From an uncultured Candidatus Rokubacteria bacterium (GTDB lineage: Bacteria; Methylomirabilota; Methylomirabilia; Rokubacteriales; DASRDR01): 64,000 nucleotides of DNA. A program made the position numbers and the translations under genes. Below, piece by piece: positions 1 through 8,769 of the stretch. The notes under the pieces are model-generated. The model made no database searches and had not been told where the DNA came from. It saw nothing but the letters and a program-made list of their open reading frames with translations. The number at the start of each line of letters is the position of its first letter. Within the stretch, counting starts at the first letter, position 1. Where the stretch lies: assembly GCA_963826115.1 (NCBI GenBank), contig CAWGVS010000005.1, positions 64,001-128,000 of the forward strand, written 5' to 3'.

Positions 1-154
1 GGGACAGGGTCTTCCAGATGAGCCCCACGTCGTCCTCGTCGCCGTCGTAGTGACCGCGCGGGTGGAACTCGGGACCGAGCGCCACGCTGGCGAGCGCGAG
101 TCCGAGGACGACGAGGAGAACGGCTGAAACGACGCATGCTTCGCCGCGATGCAT
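1..154 (-). CDS. Small membrane/exported protein with YDGDEDDVG motif (3' end outside window); putative paralog of the RAPPA leader at 40384-40698
   Basis: Not in the ORF track. My translation: MHRGEACVVSAVLLVVLGLALASVALGPEFHPRGHYDGDEDDVGLIWKTLS..., a hydrophobic helix followed by the same acidic motif as 40384-40698 (YDGDADDVG). TAGGAT lies 5 nt before the ATG. Confidence 0.65.
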   Translation of the reverse strand, partial: MHRGEACVVSAVLLVVLGLALASVALGPEFHPRGHYDGDEDDVGLIWKTLS

Positions 155-202
155 GGCCAATCCTAACACGGGGACCGCCGCTCCCGTTGCTTGCCCGCCG
201 CG

Positions 203-232
203 TTGTGAAGCGACCCGCGGCGGTGCTATGGT
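203..232 (+). promoter_or_regulatory. Putative sigma70 promoter (leaderless) for the RAPPA leader ORF
   Basis: TTGTGA (203-208), 18 nt spacer, TG-n-TATGGT (224-232); GTG start 6 nt downstream. Confidence 0.45.
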
Positions 233-238
233 GGCGCC

Positions 239-799
239 GTGCGGCTCCGTGTGATCCGGCTCACGCTCGCGCTCTCCCTGACTCTCGCCGCGGCGCCTGT
301 CTGGGCGCACGGGATCAACGGGCCCCTCGCCCTCGACGATCTTCGCGAGCCCACCGTCGCCGTCGTGGGCCCGAGCGCGGAGCCCGCGCGCGCGCCGGAC
401 GCCGCTATGCCGGCCCACCTCACCGCGGCGCCACGCGGGCGCCTCGCCGGCGGCGACGGCCTCGCGGCGGCCGCGGGCGTCCTGATCGCGGCGGCGGGAC
501 TCGTGGGCCTCACGCGCGGCTGGCGGCGAGACCCGCGGCGGGCGATGGCGACGGCCACGGCCGCCCTGGTCCTGGGGTTCGTCGTCGAGACCACGCCGCA
601 TCTGGTCCACCACAGCCTGGATCCCGACAAGGGCGCCGGCTGCCAGGTGCTCCAGACTGTCGAGCGCAGCCAGGCCGCGCTCGGCACGCCCGACGTCGTC
701 CCCGCCGAGACGCCGAGTCGCCTGGTCGAGACGCCGCCCCGCGAGACGGCGCCGACCCTCGCCGCGCCCGCGGCTGTCGGTCGCGCTCCGCCCGCCTAG
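239..799 (+). CDS. Exported/membrane leader protein with His/Cys cluster and C-terminal RAPPA (putative ribosome-arrest peptide)
   Basis: Signal peptide (AAAPVWA-HG), two TM segments, PHLVHH...GC motif, Pro-rich linker, ends VGRAPPA*; lies directly upstream of copCD. Confidence 0.75.
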   Translation: MRLRVIRLTLALSLTLAAAPVWAHGINGPLALDDLREPTVAVVGPSAEPARAPDAAMPAHLTAAPRGRLAGGDGLAAAAGVLIAAAGLVGLTRGWRRDPRRAMATATAALVLGFVVETTPHLVHHSLDPDKGAGCQVLQTVERSQAALGTPDVVPAETPSRLVETPPRETAPTLAAPAAVGRAPPA

Positions 800-897
800 C
801 CCGCTCCTCCTTCTCGCAGTTTCCATCGTCGCGCGACCGCGCGGGACCGTTCCGCGCTCGCGCAGAATCGTCGAGATTCACGAAGGAGCGATCCATG
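800..897 (+). promoter_or_regulatory. Putative anti-SD/SD sequestering structure between the leader and copCD
   Basis: CGCTCCT (802-808) is complementary to AGGAGCG (884-890) and CTCCTTC (807-813) to GAAGGAG (882-888); inner GC hairpin at about 831-863. Confidence 0.55.
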
Positions 898-2880
898 GAG
901 CGCCCGGGGCCGGACTTCCGGCCGCCGCCACCCGTGCCGGGCAGTGCCGCGTCGCCGCCTTTCCGACGTGCACGTGCCACGTCATCCGTCACGCGGCGCG
1001 GGCTCGTGGCGGCGGTGGTCGCCGTCGCCTGGGCCCTGCCTGCGACGCCCGCGGGGGCGCACGCCGTCCCGGCCGCGATGGAGCCGCCACCGAACGCGCG
1101 TCTGGACCGCGCGCCCGGCGAGGTGGTCATCCGCTTCACCGAGCGCGTCGAGGCGCGTCCCAGCAGCCTGGAGGTGCTCGACGCGCGCGGCCAGCGTGTC
1201 GAGCAGGGCGCCGCCGCCGTGGTCCCTGGCGATCCCTGGCGGTATCGCGTCGCGCTCCCGGCGCTGCCCGACGGCGTGTACACGGTGGCCTGGCGCGTGC
1301 TCTCCGCCGACGACGGCCACGTCACCAGCGGCGCCCACGTCTTCACGGTGGGCGCCGCCGGGGCGCCGGGCGGCGAATCTGCGCCCACCCTCCGGAGCGG
1401 AGTGGGAGGGAGGCCGTTCGCGCGGTGGCTGGTCGGGCTCGGCGGGGCGCTGCTCCTCGGCGCCCTCGTCGCCGGACCGCTCCTGGGCCTCGGGGGGCTC
1501 GGTGGAATGATCGTCCTGGGAGGGATCGCGGTGGCCGCGGGGGCCACGCTCGACCTCGCGCTCCAGGCGCGAGACCTGGCTGGCGAGCGCCCGCTGGCCG
1601 GCGTCCTCGCAGCGCTCCTGCTCAGCCCGCCCGGCTACGCCGGCCTCGCTCGCATCGGTCTCGTCGCGCTCCTGCTCGGCCTCCTCGGCCTGCGTGGCTC
1701 GCGGGCGCGAGCCGGCGATGGCCGAGCGCGGGTCGGTGCCCTCGTCGCGATGGCCATCGTGGCGACGGGCGGCCTCGTGAGCCACGGCGCGGCCGCGGCC
1801 GAGGGGCGAGCGCTCGCGCTCGGCGCCGAGGCGCTCCACCTCCTCGCGATGGCGTCGTGGGTCGGCGGGCTCCTCTGCTTCGCGACGGTCTACTGGCGCG
1901 CGGGCGCCGCGGGGACGGCCGATCCGGAGACCGAGCGCCTCGTCGTGGCGATCCCGACCTTCTCCCGGCTCGCGGTGTTCGCGGTCGCGATCATCGGGGT
2001 GAGCGGTCTCCTCCTCGCGCGCCTTCACCTCTCGGCGTGGAGCGAGCTCCTCGACACCACGTACGGCCGGTGGGTCGGGGCCAAGGTCGCGGTCTTCCTG
2101 GCGATGATGGGGCTCGGCGCGTGGCACCAGTGGGGCGTCGAGTCGCGGCTCCGGCGCGCGCTGGCTCGCGGCCTCGCGGGGTCGGGCGCGGTGTCGCTCT
2201 TCCGGCGCACGGTCCGGATCGAGGCGGCCCTCGGCCTCGCCGCGCTCGGACTGGCCGGCGCGCTGGGCGTGACGGCGCCGCCCTCGGGGTCGTCATCGGC
2301 GGGGGTGGTGGAGACCCCGGCGGCCGCGCCGGCGGGCTTCACTCACGAGCGCGCCCTCGACGCGGCCCGTATCCGGCTCGAGATCACGCCCGTTCGGCCC
2401 GGGCCGAACGCGATCCGCCTGACGGTCACCGATCCCGCGGGCCGTCCGCTCGCCGACGCCACGGCCGCCCTCGTCCAGGTGACGCCGGCCGACGCCAGCG
2501 TGGGCGCCGTCTCGTTCCAGCTCGATCGCGCGGCGCCGGGCGTCTTCACCGCGCCGTCCGCGGTGTTGGGGTTCGCGGGCCGCTGGAGCGGACGCCTGGT
2601 CGTCCAGCGGACGAACGCCTACGACGTGAACGACCGGTTCGACCTGGTCGTGGCCGAGGGCGTTTCCGACCACGCCCACGTTCATGCCGCCGCGCCCGCC
2701 GTGGCGGCGACCGCCCCGCGCCGCGGGACGCCCTTGGACCGCGCCACCGTCTCGGTCGCCCTGGCGGCCGCGGTCGCCTCACTCGTGCTCTTCCTGCGAA
2801 GCGGCCGTCAGCTTGACGCGGCTCGCCGCCTCGTGTCCGACAACCCACAACCGCCGGCGTCCGCGCCGGCCCGGAGGTGA
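895..2880 (+). CDS. copCD: CopC-CopD fusion copper uptake/resistance protein (YcnJ/CutJ-like) with C-terminal Ig-like domain and TM anchor
   Basis: SD GAAGGAG then ATG at 895; mature N-terminus HAVPAA, WRVLSADDGH CopC motif; CopD helices with LVSH and HLLAMASWVGG; HAHVH near the C-terminus. Confidence 0.85.
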   Translation: MERPGPDFRPPPPVPGSAASPPFRRARATSSVTRRGLVAAVVAVAWALPATPAGAHAVPAAMEPPPNARLDRAPGEVVIRFTERVEARPSSLEVLDARGQRVEQGAAAVVPGDPWRYRVALPALPDGVYTVAWRVLSADDGHVTSGAHVFTVGAAGAPGGESAPTLRSGVGGRPFARWLVGLGGALLLGALVAGPLLGLGGLGGMIVLGGIAVAAGATLDLALQARDLAGERPLAGVLAALLLSPPGYAGLARIGLVALLLGLLGLRGSRARAGDGRARVGALVAMAIVATGGLVSHGAAAAEGRALALGAEALHLLAMASWVGGLLCFATVYWRAGAAGTADPETERLVVAIPTFSRLAVFAVAIIGVSGLLLARLHLSAWSELLDTTYGRWVGAKVAVFLAMMGLGAWHQWGVESRLRRALARGLAGSGAVSLFRRTVRIEAALGLAALGLAGALGVTAPPSGSSSAGVVETPAAAPAGFTHERALDAARIRLEITPVRPGPNAIRLTVTDPAGRPLADATAALVQVTPADASVGAVSFQLDRAAPGVFTAPSAVLGFAGRWSGRLVVQRTNAYDVNDRFDLVVAEGVSDHAHVHAAAPAVAATAPRRGTPLDRATVSVALAAAVASLVLFLRSGRQLDAARRLVSDNPQPPASAPARR

Positions 2881-2886
2881 GAAGCC

Positions 2887-3453
2887 ATGCGCGCGATATC
2901 GACGATGACGTGGAGCCTCGCGGCCCTCGTGGCCCTGCTTGGTCTGGCCGGTCCGGCCGCCGCCCACCAGCGGCAGCTACTCCAGGTGGGAGGAACGGAC
3001 TACCTCCTGGTCGTCGGCTCGCTCGACGAGCCTGTGTTCACGGGCGACAAGAGCGGCGTCGACCTGACGGTCCTCGTGCCGGATCCGGGGGCCCCCATGG
3101 ACTCGCGCGCCGAGAAGGCGAAGCCGGTCGAGGGCCTGGAGAAGACGCTGAAGGTGGAGGTCAAGGCCGGCCCGCACGCCCGAGTGTTCGAGTTCGAGCC
3201 CAGGTTCCGGGCGCCGGGCCGGTACGACGCGGTGTTCTTCCCGACCGTGGCCACGACGTACACCTACCGCCTCTTCGGAACGATCAACGGCGCGCCGTTC
3301 GACGTGGCCTTCGTCTGCAACCCCGGCGGCCACATGGCCGGCGAGGACCGGAGCGTGGTGAAGGTGTCCCAGGACGTCACGCGGAAGGGCCTCACCGGAA
3401 GCTTCGGGTGCCCGCGGGCCCGGAGCGAGGCGGAGTTTCCCCCGACGAGGTAG
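2887..3453 (+). CDS. Secreted hypothetical protein, His at predicted mature N-terminus (possible Cu-binding)
   Basis: Signal peptide ending AAA-HQR; beta-rich body; 6 nt after the copCD stop. Confidence 0.7.
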   Translation: MRAISTMTWSLAALVALLGLAGPAAAHQRQLLQVGGTDYLLVVGSLDEPVFTGDKSGVDLTVLVPDPGAPMDSRAEKAKPVEGLEKTLKVEVKAGPHARVFEFEPRFRAPGRYDAVFFPTVATTYTYRLFGTINGAPFDVAFVCNPGGHMAGEDRSVVKVSQDVTRKGLTGSFGCPRARSEAEFPPTR

Positions 3454-3508
3454 CTGGGCCGCGAGCGGCTCCGGCGAAGGTCGATCGGCGACTGCGTCGG
3501 CCCGGAGG

Positions 3509-4450
3509 CTACGGGCCGGGCCGGCGCAGGAGCCGCTCGCGCCGGCCCAGGCGCGTGAGGCGGAGCCACTCGCGGAAGCCCGCGGCGTCGCGGCGAACGA
3601 CCAGGAAGTACCAGCCGAAGGTCGCGAAGTCGAGCCACCCCAGGAGGCGACGCCCCGGCTGGGTGGCCAGGTAGCCGCGGTTCCGGAACGTGTAGTACCG
3701 CTTGCCGGAATCCCCGGGGTCGTGGACGTAGTAGCGGCCGCCGAGGATCGGCCAGGACTCGGACTGACCGCTCGGATGGAGCATCGCCGCGGTCAGGCAC
3801 GTGCCGAAGGCGAGCCCGGACCTGAGCGCCCGGCGGTACACGTCGACCTCGTCGCCCCGCAGGAAGAGCCGGTAGTCGGGCACGCCGAGGACGTCGAGCG
3901 CCTCCGCGCTGAAGAGCGCGCCGTTGAACAGGCACGCGTAGCCGGGCACGAACTCCCGCTCGCTGAGCTGGTCGGGCCGGGCGAGCCAGCGCCGCCCTCG
4001 CCGCATCAAGAAGGACAGCTGCGAGGGGTCGTCCGCGCTGACCACGACCGGGGCCACCATCTGGAGCCCGCGTCGGGCGGCGCAGCCCAGGAGCTCGGTC
4101 AGGCAGCCGTCCGTCGCGGGCCGGCCGTCGTCGTCGGCGAACCAGATCCACGACGCGCCGAGCGCGAGCGCGGTCAGCGCGCCGAGCGCGAATCCGCCGG
4201 CGCTGCCGAGATTCCGCCGCGACGGGACGTACGTGGAGGGTCCGGGATACGCGGCGACGAGCGCCCCGACCGCCTCGTCGGCGTCGTTGTCCACGACCAC
4301 CAGGCGGTCGATCGGGCGCGTCTGGCGGGCCAGAGTCCCGAGGAGCGTCTCGAGGGCGGCCCGGCGCCGCCACGTGACCACGACGGCCGCCACCGACCCC
4401 ACCGGGAGCCCCGGCGTCGCCGCCGAGACCGGCTCGCCGGCCGGCGTCAC
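3509..4450 (-). CDS. GT2 glycosyltransferase, GlfT1-like galactofuranosyltransferase
   Basis: VVVDND, NLGSAGGF, WFADDDGRP, LFNGALF, FLRGDEVD, YTFRNRGY motifs; GTGA overlap with the upstream gene. Confidence 0.85.
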   Translation of the reverse strand: MTPAGEPVSAATPGLPVGSVAAVVVTWRRRAALETLLGTLARQTRPIDRLVVVDNDADEAVGALVAAYPGPSTYVPSRRNLGSAGGFALGALTALALGASWIWFADDDGRPATDGCLTELLGCAARRGLQMVAPVVVSADDPSQLSFLMRRGRRWLARPDQLSEREFVPGYACLFNGALFSAEALDVLGVPDYRLFLRGDEVDVYRRALRSGLAFGTCLTAAMLHPSGQSESWPILGGRYYVHDPGDSGKRYYTFRNRGYLATQPGRRLLGWLDFATFGWYFLVVRRDAAGFREWLRLTRLGRRERLLRRPGP

Positions 4451-5340
4451 GCGCGGGCAGTCCGGGGGCGGAGGTAGCGGTAGACCGGTCGCGCGAGCGC
4501 GGCCGGCAGGAGCCGCAGCCCGAGGTACGCTCCCGTCCAGACGACATTGCCGGGGGAGGCCATGCAGAGCTCGTTCATCGCGCGGAGACGGGCGCGGAGC
4601 TCGGTCATCGCCTTGCTCCACGAGGACCGCCGGCGGAAGAGGTCGCGGGAGACCCGGTACCGGAGGAGGGGCTCCTCCAGGTTCGCGAAGGTCCAGCCGT
4701 AGCGCGTCAGGTCCACCCAGAGATGCATGTCCTCCGAGGGGTGGGTCGAGTAGCGAATGCCTTCGCTGAAGACCTCGGCCCGGAACACGACGGTCGGGTG
4801 CACGAACGGCGTCCGCTTGACGAGCTCCCGCTTGAGCGTGCCGTCGTCCGGTGGCAGGAGCTTCACGAGCTCCTCGCCGGTGTCCTCGTCGAACTCGAGG
4901 CAGCCGGCGCCCAGCACGGCGACCTCGGGGTGGCGCTCCAGGAAGGCGAGCTGCTTCGCGAGTCGCTCGGGATGGCAGACGTCGTCCGCGTCCATGCGCG
5001 CGATCACGTCGCAGCCGTCGCGGAGGGAGTCGTCGATCAGCCGGTTGAGCCCGGCGCCCAACCCCCGGTTGGCGGCCGCGAACTCGACGCGCACCCGCGG
5101 GTCGTCGAGCGCCTCGAGGAACGCGCGGACGCCCGTCTCGACCGGCCCGTCCACGTAGATCCGCAGCACGAGATCGGCGAACGTCTGTTCGAGGACGCTC
5201 CTGACGGCGTCGCGAAAGGGCCCCGGCCGGTCGCCGGCGTAGACGCACATGACGACCGACACGGTCGCCCGGCCGGTCGCCGGCGCGGCCGCCTCGAGCT
5301 CGACCGGGCTCGCGCTCTTGACCGTCCCGCCCGGCGTCAC
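4447..5340 (-). CDS. GT2 glycosyltransferase (AmsE/WbbD-like)
   Basis: SVVMCVY, YVDGPV, NRGLG, ARMDADD, FVHPTVVFR, EDxxLW. Confidence 0.85.
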   Translation of the reverse strand: MTPGGTVKSASPVELEAAAPATGRATVSVVMCVYAGDRPGPFRDAVRSVLEQTFADLVLRIYVDGPVETGVRAFLEALDDPRVRVEFAAANRGLGAGLNRLIDDSLRDGCDVIARMDADDVCHPERLAKQLAFLERHPEVAVLGAGCLEFDEDTGEELVKLLPPDDGTLKRELVKRTPFVHPTVVFRAEVFSEGIRYSTHPSEDMHLWVDLTRYGWTFANLEEPLLRYRVSRDLFRRRSSWSKAMTELRARLRAMNELCMASPGNVVWTGAYLGLRLLPAALARPVYRYLRPRTARA

Positions 5341-5463
5341 GACGTTCCGTCTCGCCGGGCCTGCCGTCTGTCCGACGAAGGACCGGCGCCAGCGTGCGCC
5401 TTCGGGGCGGAGTTCACGATGATCATGCGGGCGCCGCATTGAAGCACCGCGCCCCGGATCACG

Positions 5464-6096
5464 TCAAGGAGCGCGGGCGCCGGGCACGCCGGCGCGGGGG
5501 CCCAGGGGATGGGCCGCGTCCCACCAGGCCGCGGCCGCGGATCCGGCGGCTCCGAGGGCGAACCCGGCGAGGACGTCCAGGGTCCAGTGCGCGTCGAGGA
5601 CCATGCGGGAGATTCCGATGGCCAGGGTCATCGTCACGACGGCGAACGCGATGACGCCCCGGAGGAGGGGCCCCAGCCCCGACCGGCCGACCAGGTAGAG
5701 CGTGGCCACGGCGAACGCCGCGACCGCGGTGGCGTGGCCGCTCGGGAATCCCAGCGCCGTCCCTCGGGGCCGGAGCCGGCCCACGAACTCCTGCAGCGCC
5801 TCGCCGGCCAGGGGCGCCACGACGAGGGCCAGGCACCAGAGCCACCAGCGGCGCCGGGCGTGCCGGGAGACGGCCAGGAGGAGGAGCACGCCGGGGGCGA
5901 TGCCCCACCACGTCCCGAGCGGCCGGATGGTGCGGGCGAGCGACCGGAGCTCCCGCGACGACGCGCCGCGGACGGCCGCGCGCAGGAGCGCCTCTCCCGG
6001 GACGACGCCGGTCATCGCCAGGAGCGCGGCGACGAGGACCACGCCGGCCGCCCAGAGCGTGGCGAGGCGCCAGGCGCGCGCCGAGGCGGGCGTCAC
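5464..6096 (-). CDS. PAP2 family membrane phosphatase
   Basis: GRLRP, GFPSGHA, SRMVLDAHWTLDV motifs; multiple TM segments. Confidence 0.85.
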   Translation of the reverse strand: MTPASARAWRLATLWAAGVVLVAALLAMTGVVPGEALLRAAVRGASSRELRSLARTIRPLGTWWGIAPGVLLLLAVSRHARRRWWLWCLALVVAPLAGEALQEFVGRLRPRGTALGFPSGHATAVAAFAVATLYLVGRSGLGPLLRGVIAFAVVTMTLAIGISRMVLDAHWTLDVLAGFALGAAGSAAAAWWDAAHPLGPRAGVPGARAP

Positions 6097-6100
6097 GGCC

Positions 6101-6868
6101 TCACGCGCGGTCGCGCGCGGCGCCCTGCCAGTCGAGGCGCCGTCCCACCACGTGGACCAGGGAGTAGACGAGGAACGACAGGAGCGCCGCGAGGAGCGCG
6201 ACGGCGTACACCTGGTCGCCGCGGTACTGCTGCATGGCCCGGTTGATCACGTAGCCCAGCCCCGAGCCCGAGATCATCCACTCGGCGGCGATGGCCACGA
6301 TGATGCTGCCGCTCCCGGTGATCTCCTGGGCGGAGATGATGTACGGGAGCGCGTAGGGGAGGCGCACGTGGAGGAACGTCTCGAGGGCGCTGGCGTTCAG
6401 CACGCGCATGCGGTCGAGCACCACCGGGTCCGCGGCGAGGAGGCCCCGGTACGTGTTGACCATGACCGGGAAGAAGCCCGCGAGCACCACGATGGCGACC
6501 TTCGAGCCGAGCGTGTCACCGAGCGCGAGCGACAGGACCGTGACGAGGGCGACGTAGGGCACGTTGCGCAGCATGATCGCGGCGGGCATGACCAGCTGGC
6601 GCGCGAGCGGCAGCGCGACCAGGAGCGCGGCCAGCCCGATCCCGACCAGGTTCGCGAGAACGTAGCCCACCGCGGCGGCCTTCAGTGTCTCGACGAGGTG
6701 GTGCGTGATCAGCCCGCGGTCGGCGATCAGCGCCTGGAGGACCCGCTCGGGCCGCGGGATGACGAAGGCCGGGAGGCCGGTGGTCAGGATCGCGAGGTAC
6801 CAGAGGGCGAGGATCGACACCAGCGGCATCGTGACCTGGAGCAGGACCCGGGCGAGGGCGCGTATCAT
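6101..6868 (-). CDS. ABC transporter permease (SsuC/TauC/NitT type)
   Basis: About 6 TM segments, FFPVMVNT, VRLPYALP, AEWMISGSGLG; ATGA overlap with the ATPase. Confidence 0.9.
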   Translation of the reverse strand: MIRALARVLLQVTMPLVSILALWYLAILTTGLPAFVIPRPERVLQALIADRGLITHHLVETLKAAAVGYVLANLVGIGLAALLVALPLARQLVMPAAIMLRNVPYVALVTVLSLALGDTLGSKVAIVVLAGFFPVMVNTYRGLLAADPVVLDRMRVLNASALETFLHVRLPYALPYIISAQEITGSGSIIVAIAAEWMISGSGLGYVINRAMQQYRGDQVYAVALLAALLSFLVYSLVHVVGRRLDWQGAARDRA

Positions 6869-7629
6869 CGGCCGCCCGGCGTCCCGGCGCGCGACGGCCC
6901 GAAGAGCAGCCGTCGGATGTGGGCCGTCGTTTTCACGAACTCCGGGTCCTGGCGGAAGTCGGGGCTGCGGGGCCGGGGGGTCGGCACCCGGACCAGCTCG
7001 AGGACGCGGCCCGGCGCCGGCGAGAAGACCAGCACGCGGTCGGCGAGCAGTACGGCCTCGTCGATGTGGTGGGTCACGAACAGCACGGTCTTCGGCCGGC
7101 GCGCGAGCTCCTGCCCGAGCCACTCGCCGAGCTCCTCGCGCTTCATCTCGTCGAGCGCCGAGAAGGGCTCGTCCATCAGGAGCACCGGCGGGTCGTGGGC
7201 CAGCGCGCTGGCGATGTTCACCCGCTGGAGCATGCCCCCCGACAGGTGGTGGGGGCGCTTGCCCTCGTGCCCGGCGAGGCCGAACTCCCGGAGGAGCTCG
7301 GCCGCCGGGAAGCCCTCGCGCCGGGCGATCCGCTGCGTGAACACGACGTCGTCGATGGCGCGCTTCCAGGGCAGGACCGCGGGCCGCTGCGACACGAGGC
7401 CCAGGAGGCGCTGCCCGCGGGCGGCGCCGGCGGTCTGGGCGCCGACGCGGACCCCGCCGGTCGACGGGGATTCGAGGTCGGCGACGATGCGGAGGAGCGT
7501 GGTCTTCCCGCAGCCCGATGGGCCGACGAGGGCCACGAACTCGCCGGCGTCGACCGCGAGGTCCATCCGGTCGAGCGCCAGGGTCTCTCCGAAGCGGCGG
7601 GAGACGCCGTCGATCGAGATCGGCAGCAC
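6865..7629 (-). CDS. ABC transporter ATP-binding protein (SsuB/TauB type)
   Basis: GPSGCGKT, LSGGM, LLMDEPFSALD, FVTH. Confidence 0.92.
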   Translation of the reverse strand: MLPISIDGVSRRFGETLALDRMDLAVDAGEFVALVGPSGCGKTTLLRIVADLESPSTGGVRVGAQTAGAARGQRLLGLVSQRPAVLPWKRAIDDVVFTQRIARREGFPAAELLREFGLAGHEGKRPHHLSGGMLQRVNIASALAHDPPVLLMDEPFSALDEMKREELGEWLGQELARRPKTVLFVTHHIDEAVLLADRVLVFSPAPGRVLELVRVPTPRPRSPDFRQDPEFVKTTAHIRRLLFGPSRAGTPGGR

Positions 7630-7713
7630 CGGCTCAGGCTCCGATCCGCCGGCGTGCGCGCCGGCCGGCGCGCGAGGGCGCCCGGCGAGCGTCCCCCGCG
7701 GCTCGCCGCGCCG

Positions 7714-8769
7714 TCAGCGCTTGATGCCCGGATTGAACCCGTTCGTCATCATCTCCTCCGTCGGGACGACGCGCGGGATCTGCTCGTACTCCTTGTAGAA
7801 GGCCATCATTTCCTCCCAGACCGCGGGGTTCATCCAGAGGAGGCCGTTCTTCTTGGTGTCCTCGCTCGTGAACAGGGCGTTCTGGATCTTCCAGCGCCAC
7901 GCCAGCTTGTCCGCCTTCTCGACCTGCTCGGGGAAGCTCGCCACGAGCTGCACCGTCTCATCGGGGTTGTCGAGGATGTACTGCATGCCCCGGGCGAGCG
8001 CCCGCATGTAGCGCCGGACCAGGTCCGGGTTCTCGCGCACGGTCTTGCCGGTGGCGAAGATCACGTCGGAGTAGCTCCGGATCCCCCAGTCGGCGTAGCG
8101 CATGGCCTTCCAGGTCTTGCCCTTCAGGCGCGCGGCCGCGTCGGGCTTGGCGATCTCCTGCTCGATGAGGAACGGCTGGTTCGTCACCCACCCGGTGAAG
8201 AAGTCGACGCGGCCCACCAGGAGCGGCTCGGCGTTCGCCTGGACGACCTCGACCTTCACCTTGGAGACGTCCACGCCGTGCTTCTTGGCGAACGCCTTCA
8301 GGAAGATCTCGCCGTCCGACTGCATCCCGAGGACCTTGCCCTCGAGATCCTTCGGCTTCGGGTCGGGCTCGCCCGGGCTGCCGAGCGTGATGTAGCTGTA
8401 GGGCCCCTTCTGGAGCAGGGTCCCGACCGCCACCACGTCCACCGGGTCCTTGGCGAGCCGGGCCTGGAAGACGTTGTTGCCGCCGGCCGTGATCCCGAAC
8501 GTGGCCTGGCCGGCCCCCACGATCGGCACCGGGTTCTTGCCGGGGCCGCCGTCCATGATGCGGTGCCGGATGCCTTCCTCGGTGAAGAAGCCCTTGGCCT
8601 CGGCGACCATGACGGGGGCGAATTCCCCGTTGCGGAGCCAGCCGAGCTGGGTCCGGACCTCGACCTGGGCCAGGGCCGGAGAGGGCGCCATCCAGCCGAG
8701 GCCCGCCAGGAGCGCGAGGGCGAGCGAGAGCGCGAAGCGAGAGCTAGCCATGGCGTCGGTCTCCTCCAT
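7714..8769 (-). CDS. ABC substrate-binding protein, NMT1/THI5-like
   Basis: Signal peptide; QLGWLRNGEFAP, AKGFFTEEGI, GGPG, YSDVIFAT; start may be ATG at 8751. Confidence 0.85.
   Translation of the reverse strand: MEETDAMASSRFALSLALALLAGLGWMAPSPALAQVEVRTQLGWLRNGEFAPVMVAEAKGFFTEEGIRHRIMDGGPGKNPVPIVGAGQATFGITAGGNNVFQARLAKDPVDVVAVGTLLQKGPYSYITLGSPGEPDPKPKDLEGKVLGMQSDGEIFLKAFAKKHGVDVSKVKVEVVQANAEPLLVGRVDFFTGWVTNQPFLIEQEIAKPDAAARLKGKTWKAMRYADWGIRSYSDVIFATGKTVRENPDLVRRYMRALARGMQYILDNPDETVQLVASFPEQVEKADKLAWRWKIQNALFTSEDTKKNGLLWMNPAVWEEMMAFYKEYEQIPRVVPTEEMMTNGFNPGIKR

Noticed and set aside
136-894. 253-aa N-terminal extension of the 914-aa ORF
   Set aside because: Arg/Pro-rich shadow frame overlapping the real 239-799 ORF; a good SD and ATG lie at 895
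5464-5490. PAP2 ends in ...GARAP*
   Set aside because: Lacks the second Pro and ends an enzyme; R/A/P are expected by chance at this GC content
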